A stretch of DNA of 63,983 nucleotides, the filler included, from Trichomonas gallinae (Eukaryota): assembly GCA_008369845.1 (NCBI GenBank). It is 10 parts of 10 records of this genome, joined end to end, with 100 filler letters (N's around TTAATTAATTAA, not from the genome) between each part and the next. Parts side by side here need not be neighbours in the genome. Positions count along the whole stretch, not along the records: positions 1 to 18,964 come from MRSU01000407.1; positions 19,065 to 24,796 come from MRSU01000409.1; 8 more parts are not named here. One strand, given 5' to 3'. A program made the position numbers and the translations under genes. Position 1 is the stretch's first letter; every line of letters starts with the position of its first letter. Positions 11,520-22,961 of the stretch are shown in pieces. The notes under the pieces were generated by a model. The model had not been told where the DNA came from. It saw only the letters and a program-made list of their open reading frames with translations, and did no database searches.

Positions 11520-12555
11520 TCAGCTGACTGTGCATGGTAAGAAGATTGATCCCCAAAGCTGGTTTTCGTATTCATCAAAAAATGTGAATCTCTTGACTTT
11601 GTTTATAATCGGAAAATCTGCATGACAATTCTGTGTGGACATATGCGAAAGTTTTAAGATTAAAGAGTTAGTTGTAGTTAGAGAAACAGAATTTCCTAAA
11701 GTTGTTGTATCAGCAATGTTGTTATCTAGGAAACAATGATCAACAATAAATTTTGATTCCATTTTATTACTAAATAAAGAAGGACCCTGATTCATAGATA
11801 AAACACAAAAACTAGCAACAAATTCTTTTCCTCCAGAAAAAAGTATAATTCCATGTAAAAGTTCAACTTTGTTATGAATATTTTTAATAATATTGCAACG
11901 GGACATATAATGAGAATTTCCACTGTAATGATAAATTATGGCTGCTTTGTCACATGTATTATTTATGATTGATGTGAAGTTGACATGATTGGAAGCTGGA
12001 TTGTTCGTACACGCATATGCTGGATTATAAGTGCACTTTCCATAGGAGATATTTGTGGATTCAATGATTTGATTCCCTCCTTCAAGATCAACGGAATTAC
12101 AGCATCCTGAATATTTGGAAATCGAACAATCTATAATAAAGTTTTCTTCGGAAGTTTCAACTCGTGTGTGACATCCCCACGCGTTGTCAATAGGTATAGA
12201 AGAATTTATACTGCAGATTCTGTATTGAATGCAGGCACCGTTTTGGACAAAAACAGAGCCGCCATCTGCATTGGAATGAGAGGAATGAAATAAGGTTTCC
12301 GATGTCAACACATTGTTTTCTTGAGTGTTAGTTATCCTGATGGCACCATTTTGCTGCATATTATAGAACTGGACGTTCAAAACATATATGTTGCCTGCTT
12401 CAGTGATTAACTTCGCCTCTTGACGAATAGAAGGCTTGACATTTGAGCCGACATATCGATCCCATATTGGATCATACTTGTGCAGCAACAAAAATGGAGA
12501 CAGATGTAGCTCTCATACAAAGATATATGAGAATTATTAAAATTTTGAAAATCAT
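11520..12555 (-). pseudogene. Member of a Cys/Asn/Ser-rich secreted beta-helix-like trichomonad family, with a +1 frameshift after the leader
   Basis: The ATG at 12555 opens a hydrophobic leader (MIFKILIILIYLCMRATSVSIFVAAQV*, TGA at 12474-12472). The ~320-aa body (DGGSVF, CIQYRICS, CNII) is in the +1 frame with no ATG before the DPIW motif. It is similar to the ORFs at 26215 and 59997. Confidence 0.55.
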
Positions 12556-12995
12556 TTTGCCATTTTACGCGTCAAATATTTTATTTTTTTTTTCATTTTT
12601 GCCATTTTACATGACAAGATTACACTATTTCTTGATTCTTTTTATATAAAAGCAAGCTAGATATATACAAACCCATACAATTCACAGCTATAATTCATAT
12701 ATTAAAGCATCTCAATGAATTCTCCTTTGTATATTCTAAGATACTTCAGAAAATTTAATTGTTTTTTAAATAGAACTTTCACCTTCTATATTTCGCAAAC
12801 AGAAACACCAGCAGAAATGGAACAATATGTTAATCCCATAAATCAAAAATTTCCAAGTAATAAGAAGGAATAAAATTTTCACATCATCTATTGATACAAT
12901 CAGATCGAGTTGTTCTGCATTTTGATTTATTACAATCTTTGAATGATAAATCTATGCTACTTATTGAAAATTTCTTCTTTTTTATTCATTCTGAG

Positions 12996-13072
12996 AAAAA
13001 TCACTGTGCCAGCCCCCATTCTCAATCAGTGCATCACTGGCTCATTACACTCGTTGAGACTGAGAGCTAACC
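12996..13072 (-). ncRNA. Candidate structured non-coding RNA (long hairpin, ACA-NNN, then T5)
   Basis: On the minus strand GTTAGCTCTCAGTCTCAA pairs with TTGAGAATGGGGGCTGGC (17 of 18 positions, 4 G:U). There is an inner stem AGTGTA/TGCACT, a GA/GA-containing loop, then ACAGTG and TTTTT. Confidence 0.4.
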
Positions 13073-13347
13073 AAAATCGTGTTCTTTAATGTATTAAGAT
13101 CTTAAGATTACACAATATTCAATCAACTTTTGAATACTCCCCCCTGTTTTTTAAATAATGACATGTCATAATTTACATGACAACCAACTGCTCATGTCAC
13201 TTTTAATAATGTAATTCTTTCAAATTTTGAAAGATAAATCTGACAATCTGACATTGTAAAATTTTCCCATTTGACAGCTAAAACATTCATGTTTTTGTAA
13301 CAGAAATAGAATATTATATAACAAACGAATATACAAACAATTTATTA

Positions 13348-14343
13348 TTAATTTTGCGCGCAAAGGCGACTGCATGAAAACTTAACTTTCCAGAAACTCT
13401 TCTCAGCAGAATTGCATTTCTTGGCAATAATATTGTCCTTAGAATAAAGTCTTGGAAGGATTGGATCTGTATTTGCCTTTTTCGTGAATAAAGACTTGTG
13501 AATAGGTGCTATTGATGGAATAGAGTAGTTCTGCATCAAGTTTAACAATTCAGTGCTTGATGATCTCTTGTTTGAATCAATAATTAGGCATTTTTCGATT
13601 ATATCGCCAATTATACCGGAAGGCTCAATTCTAAGCTCAAGCTTATTCTGTTGAAGGCTTTTAATGAGCTGTGTATCGCTCTGAACGTACCATGGGAACT
13701 TTCCTGTGGTAAGAACATGAATCGTTACTCCATAGGCCCACATGTCAGCTTTTATGCCGTCATACATGTCAGATTTGATGACTTCTGGTGCCATGTAGAA
13801 AGGAGTACCGCAATATGTGTGAAGAGATGCTGCATTTTCTTTTGCAAGACCGAAATCTATGATTTTTGCATTCATTTTGTCATCAAGGAGAATGTTTTCG
13901 GGCTTAATATCTCTATGAGAAATTCCTCTCATATGCAAATAATTTAATCCCTGTAAGATATCATGTGCAATTTTGCATTTTTGGTCATAGTTAAGAGAAA
14001 TTCCTTCTGTTAGCATAGTTTGGAGATCACCATTCTTGAAATATTCCATAACTACCATGATAATGTCTGGCTCGTAGATAATATCTAAAACTTTAACAAC
14101 ATTCGGATGATCGAAGCGTGCGCTTAATCTGAGTTCATTTTCGAGATAAGACAATAGATTTCTCTTGGCAATCTCCTCACGAGAAATGATTTTGATTGCA
14201 ACATGTTCTTCAGTCTTCTGATCATGACCTAAAACTACAACTGCGAATCCTCCTTTTCCAATTGTCCTTACTACACTGTATTTGCCAACAACATTCGGTA
14301 CGCGTATACAGACACCATTAGATAAAGCAGAAATAGTTTGCAT
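13348..14343 (-). CDS. CAMK-family Ser/Thr protein kinase
   Basis: GKGGFA, VAIK, HRDIKPEN, DFG, CGTPFYMAPE and DMWAYG are all present. Inr TCATT lies about 11-15 nt upstream of the ATG. Confidence 0.95.
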   Translation of the reverse strand: MQTISALSNGVCIRVPNVVGKYSVVRTIGKGGFAVVVLGHDQKTEEHVAIKIISREEIAKRNLLSYLENELRLSARFDHPNVVKVLDIIYEPDIIMVVMEYFKNGDLQTMLTEGISLNYDQKCKIAHDILQGLNYLHMRGISHRDIKPENILLDDKMNAKIIDFGLAKENAASLHTYCGTPFYMAPEVIKSDMYDGIKADMWAYGVTIHVLTTGKFPWYVQSDTQLIKSLQQNKLELRIEPSGIIGDIIEKCLIIDSNKRSSSTELLNLMQNYSIPSIAPIHKSLFTKKANTDPILPRLYSKDNIIAKKCNSAEKSFWKVKFSCSRLCAQN

Positions 14344-15821
14344 TAATCAAGAAAATGAATAGATTATGTCGGAACACTTATGTATTCAATGTCATTGAGG
14401 GAAACCGCACGATAGCTCTCAATTTGGCAGTATTCAAATTAATATTATAGTCCAAAATGATTAGAACACTCCGCAAAAGCGAAATTTAAAAAATAGAGTT
14501 GATAATTTTTGAATTGATTAGAATAAATTCAAGTTTATTTTTTGAGAGGAACGTAATCGAACATATTGGCTTCATACAGAATATAAAAGCATAATCAACA
14601 ATAAACAAAAATTTGAAGGGATTATTTTTTGAAATTTTTGTCTCTGCATATTACTGTCTAAAAGGAGCTGATAACAGTTATCTACTTTTTACAATACAAT
14701 GAACAATACCAGCAATCACTCTGAAATTTTCAGCATTTTTAGAAAGAAGAAATAAATATTCGTAAAAAGCTGATATTATGTTAGACTATTTGTATAGGTC
14801 TAATCCTTATTAAATGACTTTTAACGTATAAATTTGCAATTTAATTCTAATGTCTTTAGAGTGCTAAAAATCATGTTTGCAAAACGGGAAAAAAGGAAAA
14901 ATGTCAATTTTGTACCATAAGTTAAACTTTTTAGAGAGAACTTTTATGTCTATTGTATGGCATATGAGAATATAGAGGCTGTAACACATTTCTCATGCTT
15001 TAACCTACATTTTACACACCTAAAGAATTATTTTTATGTTATAAAATTCAAGAGGTCACTCAAAATTTGTGAGAAAGCTGTAAAACAATGAATCAGCCAA
15101 TCTTGCTAGTGACTTCGTGTAAAGGCTATTTAGAGTGAACTAAAGCGTAATATGCAAATATTTCTAATTTCGTGAACGTTTTTAAATTCTTATCGAAATT
15201 AACCAAGTAGCCAATTAGGTTTTTACCACTAATATATTAACTCTATGACATTAGAGAATACATATTTTGAAGAATTTTGAAAAATAATCGACAATATTCT
15301 GGGAATTTCAATCTACTGCAATAGATAACCAATTTATTAAAACATTTCGCTAGATAATTCGAAATCAAATCATTTTACTTACGATAACTAATACAATATT
15401 TATAATAATTTTGATTGATTTTTGCGTATACGTTTTCAAAGCTCAAACATCTAGAATTCTATATTTTGCACTATTTAGATGATTTTCCAAGCATAATTAA
15501 TTAAAATAATGCTTTATAAAATCAATCAATTAAATTGCACTTTTTTATCGTATTCAGTTCTTTACCATTATTAGTTCAAGTAAATGATACTATTTGCACG
15601 GGTATACACATCAATTATTGATCAAAATATTCTGTGTTAAATAAAATTATACTAAAACACAACCGAATGTTGATCGTTGCATACAAAATCGTAAATATAA
15701 TATTGATTTATACGAGAAATATCAAATTGGATGTTAGATTTGTGAAAATTTAAATTTTGAATGAAAAACGAATAATATTAGTTCAACACTTTATTTTTAC
15801 ATCACTGATAATATAAATAAT

Positions 15822-16682
15822 TTAAGGCTTAATAGAATCCTTTTCTTCAGCATCTTTAACATCAGAGCTGTTATCTTTCTCAGCCTGGTCGGCTTCTAAT
15901 TGCTCCTTCTTGTCGAAGTATTGCTGCATATAAGCTGGAAGTGTAACAATAACAAAAGAACCGATCATATTACCAAGAGAAACTAAAATTAAATTAATGA
16001 ATGTGTTCTTCCATGTCATTCTTTCTGGACCACCATGCTGCATGATACCATTAGATAGGCAGAACCAGTTTGCCATACAGTGCTCAAGGCTCATTGTCGA
16101 GAAGTTTCCAATAGCGAGGAAAACAGCTAAAACTTTTCCGCAGAATGTTTGTGTCATTGTAGCCATGAATGTAGCGATCGAAACCAAAGCGTTGCAAGCC
16201 ATAGCACGAACGAACATCTCGTGGTAGGCCATATGTGTCTTCTTGAAGCAAACAGCAGCAACTTTCTGGCCAACAAAGCCATCGACTGGGCTCCTAGAAA
16301 TTCCTGTTGCCCAGCCTGTGAAGAAAGCACCGAATATGCAACCAAGAGCATTGAAAACGTAAGTCATGACAGCTGCGTAGATGAGTCTACCTGCTGATGC
16401 ACGTCTATTGAGTGCAGCGAGACAGATAGGAACGAAATCGCCTGTGAATAAGTAATCATTTAAGAAAACGATGTAGTGGAGACCAATGGCAAAGCACAGA
16501 GCAAACATAATAGTTTGTCCTGATTCGAGCTGCGCAACAACACCGAACAAGAACGAGAATGAAATCATAACACCTGAGAGGAAAGATCTGACAATGAAAT
16601 TCCAAACATTTTGATGTGCACGGACTTGGCCAGCGTCTGTAATACGCCTGATGGCCTCGCTGTAACTGATCATATCAGACAT
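15822..16682 (-). CDS. Formate/nitrite transporter (FNT) family channel
   Basis: 286 aa with about 6 TM segments and the FNT motifs LFTG, FNALG, ACNALV, LEHCMAN and GNMIG. Confidence 0.9.
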   Translation of the reverse strand: MSDMISYSEAIRRITDAGQVRAHQNVWNFIVRSFLSGVMISFSFLFGVVAQLESGQTIMFALCFAIGLHYIVFLNDYLFTGDFVPICLAALNRRASAGRLIYAAVMTYVFNALGCIFGAFFTGWATGISRSPVDGFVGQKVAAVCFKKTHMAYHEMFVRAMACNALVSIATFMATMTQTFCGKVLAVFLAIGNFSTMSLEHCMANWFCLSNGIMQHGGPERMTWKNTFINLILVSLGNMIGSFVIVTLPAYMQQYFDKKEQLEADQAEKDNSSDVKDAEEKDSIKP

Positions 16683-18812
16683 TGTGTTTTATCTTAATAA
16701 CTTAAAATGAAGTGAGAACATCGTCATCTATTGAAAATCCATTTTCTAATGCATTGAAAGAAAAATTATTATGGTAAAATTTATTATTATAATGTTATTG
16801 CAATATTTTTGTTAAAATTTTGCATTGTTCGGTAATTTTTGAGAATAGAACTTTCAATTATTTTAAAACAAATGGCTCATATCAAGTAAAAGTTATACTA
16901 TATACCAATGTTATCACGTTTATCACAAAATTTTGGATTGGCTGTTTGAGTGTCATAAAGACGAACAAGTTTCTCAAAGTGATAGAATAGATTCCGAAAA
17001 GATGTATGGGGACGGTTAAGCATTTTATATAGTCCTGAATGCATATTTATAATAATGAAGTAGTCCAAAAATCAAAAATATTTTGAGAATTTTTAAAACT
17101 ATATAATTTGATAGGTATTAATTGAAAATTTTCATACCATAACTCTATTATATGTCATATATACTTCCAAAATACCAAAATATTAACAGTGGATAAAATT
17201 TTTCTTCAAATAATTTCAATTCATTGAAAAAATAATTGGGAACAATCCAAAATTACAGATAATCTTCAAAAAATAAATCTAATCGATTGTGTTGGAAAAT
17301 TTTGAGAAAAAGATTTTGTCACTTTTGGATATCAAATATGTCACGTTTCCTATCTTTAGCTTTTTTTTTGTATTTGTTTTTTTCTCCTAATATATGGTCA
17401 TGATTTAAAATATCGCGTTTTAACGACGATAGAAAGTGAACATTTTTTTTTTCAATTTTTCCAACATACAGTCATTTTTAATAATATTTAAGCACATACA
17501 TAGACATAAGTACTACTGCACTATACGATGATAAGATTGCTACCACTCCATAAATCTTAATTAACGCAAAATTTTTCACTTTTTATTCTCCCGTAAAAGT
17601 TATCAAAATATAATGGGAAAATCGATCAAAATTGAATTGTTTCGTTTGCTCATTCGTGCACGGAATGTTCCCTATAAGATAAATTTGATATTAGCAAATC
17701 TTAATTGATTTTGAAAAACAACGTATTAGTTATTTAGTTCATGCAAAAGCTACTATATACAGCTAGACTAATAATATGTACTAAATCATTTTTGGAAAAA
17801 TTCATTATAAACCAATTCGTTGATATGATTTTCGGTTCTTTCTTATTTATATATGTTATATCGCCAACAATTGTGCAAATAATTATACATTGATGCATAG
17901 AATTCTAATAAGATAAATATTTGATAGAAAATTCTTCCACTTCAAGATCAAAACTGTTTTAAGTGTTTCTAATATATGGATTAATGATATGTGATGATAA
18001 TTAAGCTTTTTATTGGCATTATATGGTTTGATCATGTATATTTGTCATTGATTAAAAATTTGAACTCATAGTTTGCATCGAAATATCATAATACAACATA
18101 TTTGAACATTAAAACTATTAGAGCCTTCTTTTAGATGGATTTTGTTTGTTAATTGTGCTTATATTAAAAACTTGATTTTCTTTAATAATAATTGTGCATA
18201 AATGATCATTACCATTAGCATCTATATCATTTTATGGTGTACTTAATTGATTTGTATTGATATTGTTGGTGATTATCGACAATTTAGTCGTTATTAATGA
18301 TAAATGAGCTTATGCAGACTATAAAAGCATTAATATAGCATGAGGATATATATTAGTAAAATAGAATCATACATTACCAATCATAAAGGAAAAAACATAT
18401 AAATCGATTCAAGGAATGTAATATTAATATGGTAGTCCAGTGGTGAAACAATAGCACCATGTTAAGAAGAAAATCTCAATGTATTTGATCAAAATTTGGA
18501 AAATTTTATGATAATTCACAAAATATTGATTTTGTAGAAGGAAGGTGGAGTGGAAAGAATGGAAAGAAGTGAGGGAATCAATTCAAATGAAGATATTATC
18601 AAAAAATCGAAAAATTATATCAAATTTTGTGTTGATTGAAAATCATAGAAAATTCATTTTGAATCGCAACGAAAATTTATTCTCGAAACTAGACCGCTGA
18701 GCACTAAATAAAGACATTGGACATGAAATCGAAGAAAAAATTTGAGAAGGATGAAAATTTTTCCGCTTCTCAATTCTTTGCTTCAGAAAATGTTACTTCA
18801 TTTTCATCAAAG

Positions 18813-18964
18813 ATGTCTGATACAAACGCAAACGCAAACGCAAACACAAACACAAACGCAAACACAAACACACAGGATGTCACAGCACAGGCCAAGAGCA
18901 CTGCTGAAGCAGTCGTCAACTCAGGTCTTGTCGAAGAGATGGCCAAGAAGCACGAACTCAAGAA
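18813..18964 (+). CDS. 5' fragment of a gene truncated by a contig end (N-terminal NA/NT repeat; the KHELK end is reminiscent of the eIF4E KHPL motif)
   Basis: Inr TCATT at 18798, ATG at 18813, and C-ending codon bias typical of highly expressed genes. The eIF4E identity is only a guess. Confidence 0.55.
18823..18872 (+). repeat. Coding hexamer microsatellite (AAACRC)n encoding NA/NT
   Basis: aaacgc/aaacac repeated about 8 times. Confidence 0.9.
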
Positions 18965-19064
18965 NNNNNNNNNNNNNNNNNNNNNNNNNNNNNNNNNNNN
19001 NNNNNNNNTTAATTAATTAANNNNNNNNNNNNNNNNNNNNNNNNNNNNNNNNNNNNNNNNNNNN
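18965..19064. other. Artificial contig linker N44-TTAATTAATTAA-N44 (same at 24797-24896, 27250-27349, 31617-31716, 34692-34791, 55538-55637, 59897-59996, 61334-61433, 62775-62874)
   Basis: Identical 100-bp spacers containing stops in all six frames. Unrelated genes are truncated on either side. Confidence 0.98.
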
Positions 19065-19453
19065 TTTACATACATATCAGTAGTATAATCTATATTGTAA
19101 ATTTCGTCCAAATCGCTAGAGAAATGAGAGTCGGAACACCTTTGTTTTTTTTTTAGCACTTCCTATTATAACTAGATATATAATGTGTTTATGGCCAAAC
19201 TGGCATACTCAATACTCTATTGCATCAGTATGATATTCCTATTGATGTAATCATTCCTAAATCTGTTTCTAGTAAGTCCCCTATTTACTTGTTACTCCCC
19301 CTACATTGAGATAATAATATATATATTTTCTTATATTTATAAGGAAAAAAGTGAAACAATGGATATGCATATTATTATTCCGTTCTTATCGTATATTTCG
19401 AAAATGTAATGTGTCAAATTTGACAATTTGCCACTTTACACAAATTTTCCAAA

Positions 19454-19840
19454 ATGGGTGGATCTACAGCGAATGACTGGTCTTCGCAGCTGGAAGGTAT
19501 AAAGGATTTCTGCACTGGATGCGCACTGATTGGATTAAACGGTGTAACTTATGCAACACTTGGACTTTGGCCTTCAACAGCAGAAGAAAATCATTCTTAC
19601 ACTTTCTTTTTCGCAAATGACGCTGATCACCATCCTTTATTATTCGCGAATGATGTAAAATACTTCGTTAACATGATGTCACCGATCAAAGTTCTTGCAA
19701 AGCACGGTAAGAACACTATAGCGCTTCACAGAACAAATACTTTGTTCGTTGCAGCATACTCAGATGGAACTATTGAAGCACCTTTGCTCATGAAGATCGT
19801 TACAATTCTTGCGGAATATTTATCGCAAAATGATGTTTAA
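19454..19840 (+). CDS. Profilin-like protein
   Basis: 128 aa with N-terminal W (DWSSQL), CALIGLNGVTYA, TNTLFVAAY and C-terminal LAEYL, matching the profilin pattern. Confidence 0.75.
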   Translation: MGGSTANDWSSQLEGIKDFCTGCALIGLNGVTYATLGLWPSTAEENHSYTFFFANDADHHPLLFANDVKYFVNMMSPIKVLAKHGKNTIALHRTNTLFVAAYSDGTIEAPLLMKIVTILAEYLSQNDV

Positions 19841-20357
19841 GCAGTCTTTAGATGTTTGATAAATTATAGTGTTTTGTATAGGAACTACATATTTATAAGA
19901 ACAAGCTGATTTTTTCTTAATTTTATATCCGAAAAATGTTTTAGTACGAAATCTGACACTTCAGTTTATAGTTTTCATTTTAACTTCCAATATATTTGAA
20001 ATTTTTCATATCCAAAAAATTAAAACAGCATTTTAATTTTTTGAAAATCTATAAGTTATTGTTTTGATCATTATTATTTTAACCTCTCAATGTATTTATT
20101 TGCGAAAATGATGTATTTATTGGAATTATTATTGATTCATCGATGATGATTTTAAAATTTGCAAAACAATAAATATTTAATGAAAATGATAAAAACTAAA
20201 TTATTTGGCCATGATCTTTTAATATTATAATCATATTGTTCTTGTACAGTTATTTTATGAGTTTGAAACATGTAGTTTACTGTTTGTTTTGAGCGATCTT
20301 TCAATTGATTGTATTTTTTGAGTTTAGATGATTTTTGAGGATCAGTACGACTACTAT

Positions 20358-20465
20358 TAGGGATGTGCGAACTGGCCGTTTAGTGATGGATTCGCTGATT
20401 TTAGATTCGGGATTCGCTCGCGAAATTTCGTTCGCTACTAAAAAGTGAGAATTCGCACAACCCTA
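20358..20465. mobile_element. 108-bp hAT-like MITE
   Basis: TIRs TAGGGATGTGCGAA (20358-20371) and TTCGCACAACCCTA (20452-20465) match at 13 of 14 positions. The flanking direct repeat is (A)CTACTAT at 20350-20357 and 20465-20472. Confidence 0.8.
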
Positions 20466-20616
20466 CTACTATATAAGTTTGGCTTTAAAATTGAATGATA
20501 TTCAATTTCAAAAAATTGCTATCGCAATAACTTAAATAAATGAAATAAATATTGTGTAAGTCAATAATCAAGGCCATGGTTTAATTTCTGAGGATTTTAT
20601 TTCATTCGTCAAATAG

Positions 20617-22506
20617 ATGGGAAGCGATTACAGTGCTGTCCTTGACGAATTAGAGAACCTACCAAATGAAACGAAAGTGCTAAGATCACCGATTATTGGC
20701 AAGTATTCAACAGACAGATTTACGTCAAATTATCCGGATGCTCCACAAGTTGGAACAATTTTCGATCTTGTTGAATATACAAAATCAGTAGCACCTCACC
20801 TTCCATTTTACGGAACAAGAGTTTACGAAAACGGAGAATGGAAGAACGAGTATAAATTCATCGACAGAATCGAATTTTGCAATCGAAGAGATGCTATTGG
20901 TTCATACATATTATCAAAAATACCTGATTTTGGCATAAATATTGGCATCCTTTGCTATAATAGACTTGAATGGGTTTTAATTCAACACGCATGCTACGCA
21001 TTTGGATACATACCTGTTCCGATTTACGATACATTTGGCTGGGATAACATGCTGCATATCATTGATTTCTCTCATTTAACACATATTTTTATCATTTCTT
21101 CGAAAATTGACAAGTTTCTCGAAAATCTACCAGAAAACTCTTGTGTTACTGATTTAATAGTAATTGACGTCGAAGGAGAACAATTCGACCTTACAAAATA
21201 TCAAAATCACAGAATTCATTTTCACAAATTTGCAGACTTGCTACAATTCCAACAAAGATTCTCATACAGGCCACCAAGGCCAGATATGCCGGCATTCATT
21301 ATGTTCACATCTGGCACTTCTGGTGTTTCTAAAGGATGCATTGTTACGCATTCGAATTTAATCTCGACATCAAGCGCAATCATACAATTCTGCATAGATT
21401 TCAAGCCATCAGACAGCATGCTGTCATATCTACCGCTTGCTCACATCTTTGAATCGTGTATGCACGTTGTTGCGATCAAAGTTTTGGGCAGTGTTGGTTT
21501 TTACTCAGGAGATTTGCGCAGATTAACAGATGAGTTCAAGATATTAAAACCAACAATAGCGATAGGTGTGCCTAGAGTCTTCCAGAGAATACACGATGGA
21601 GTTCTAATGCAATTGAACAAAAAGCCGGCATTTGTCAGAACGATATTTAACTGCGTTTTTTCAATTAAATCTGTTTTGCTCAGAAACATGCGCATCAAAA
21701 AATTCCCCGGCTTGGACTTGATTTTCAACCCGATAAGAGCAGCAATGGGCGGAAGGATTCGGTTATTGGTAGGTGGAGGCTCATATATACCTCCTGAGCT
21801 TCAGCATTTCATGAGGATTGCTTTTAATTGCGACTTCTTGATTGGTTACGGTTTGACAGAAACAACTGGTCCTATTATTGGACAGTCATCAACTGATTGT
21901 TTAGATGGAAACTGTGGTGTGCCTTTCCCGTGCGGCGAAATAAAGCTATGCGATGTAGATGAGATGGGATACTACGCGAAAAACTCTGAAGGCGAGTTAT
22001 TAGTTCGAGGACCAGGTGTCATTAAAAGCTATTACAAGAATGATGTCGAGCAACAAAGGAACTTCGAAAATGGATGGTTTAAGACTGGTGATGTTTTTAG
22101 GATAAACGAAACAGGCCAGTTACAAATGATAGGAAGAAGAAAGGAAATAATTAAATTATCACAAGGCGAATATATTTCGATACAAAAGCTGATGAATATA
22201 TATTCGCAAGTACCTGGAATATCACAGATCTATATCCATGCTGATCTCACATCGAGATTCCCAACAGCTATTGTTGTCCTTGAGAAGAATTACAAAGCTG
22301 ATGAGAAAACTCTTCTCCGAGAATTTGATATAATAGGAAAACAATACAAACTGAATGGCTTTGAACTGATTAAAGGCGTCTTCATTTCTCCTGAAGAGTT
22401 TTCGCCTGCTAATGGACTGATGACGCCTTCGATGAAACAATGTAGAGGAAAAATTGCAGAGAGATTTGCGAAAGAACTGAAAGAATTAGAAAATAATTTT
22501 TCTTGA
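20617..22506 (+). CDS. Long-chain fatty acyl-CoA synthetase (AMP-binding enzyme)
   Basis: Motifs FTSGTSGVSKG, SYLPLAHIFE, GYGLTET, GWFKTGD, KLSQGEYI and LMTPSMK. Inr TCATT at 20602. Confidence 0.95.
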   Translation: MGSDYSAVLDELENLPNETKVLRSPIIGKYSTDRFTSNYPDAPQVGTIFDLVEYTKSVAPHLPFYGTRVYENGEWKNEYKFIDRIEFCNRRDAIGSYILSKIPDFGINIGILCYNRLEWVLIQHACYAFGYIPVPIYDTFGWDNMLHIIDFSHLTHIFIISSKIDKFLENLPENSCVTDLIVIDVEGEQFDLTKYQNHRIHFHKFADLLQFQQRFSYRPPRPDMPAFIMFTSGTSGVSKGCIVTHSNLISTSSAIIQFCIDFKPSDSMLSYLPLAHIFESCMHVVAIKVLGSVGFYSGDLRRLTDEFKILKPTIAIGVPRVFQRIHDGVLMQLNKKPAFVRTIFNCVFSIKSVLLRNMRIKKFPGLDLIFNPIRAAMGGRIRLLVGGGSYIPPELQHFMRIAFNCDFLIGYGLTETTGPIIGQSSTDCLDGNCGVPFPCGEIKLCDVDEMGYYAKNSEGELLVRGPGVIKSYYKNDVEQQRNFENGWFKTGDVFRINETGQLQMIGRRKEIIKLSQGEYISIQKLMNIYSQVPGISQIYIHADLTSRFPTAIVVLEKNYKADEKTLLREFDIIGKQYKLNGFELIKGVFISPEEFSPANGLMTPSMKQCRGKIAERFAKELKELENNFS

Positions 22507-22830
22507 ATTTTTGTTTTTTATATAAATTTGTATTTATATTATTCAACTCAATATAGCATATTTACCATGATAATAACTCAAATTTCGTTAAATTCTATTA
22601 TAAATTTTCAGTTTTAATTTATTTTATTATTAGGAAATAAAGAAAGCATAAGGTGACTTTATTATTAAATATATTAACTGTTCATGGTGAAAAATTAATA
22701 TTCTTCAATAAAAATATATAGTGATGATATTATGATTATGTGGAAAAAGGAAGATGTACTTGAGAGCAATAATTAGGGTTACAAGTGCTTGATGTATCTA
22801 TGATCATTATAAAAATAGAAATTTGGATTT

Positions 22831-22915
22831 TGACAAATAAACAAAATTTTGCCGTGTAATTAACATATTATGACAATAAACCAAAATTTTGTCGTGTAAT
22901 TAACATATTTTGCCG
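22831..22915 (+). repeat. 40-bp tandem duplication in the promoter region carrying TGYCGTGTAAT/TGACA motifs
   Basis: tgacaaataaacaaaattttgccgtgtaattaacatatta followed by tgacaataaaccaaaattttgtcgtgtaattaacatattt. Confidence 0.85.
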
Positions 22916-22961
22916 TTTCAAAAGAAGCTCGCTTGAGCAATTCCAGGGATATCCATGATGA

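Noticed and set aside
13026..13053. SECIS element (ATGA...GA core)
   Set aside because: There is no 11-13-bp upper helix or apical AA, and no upstream selenoprotein-like TGA.
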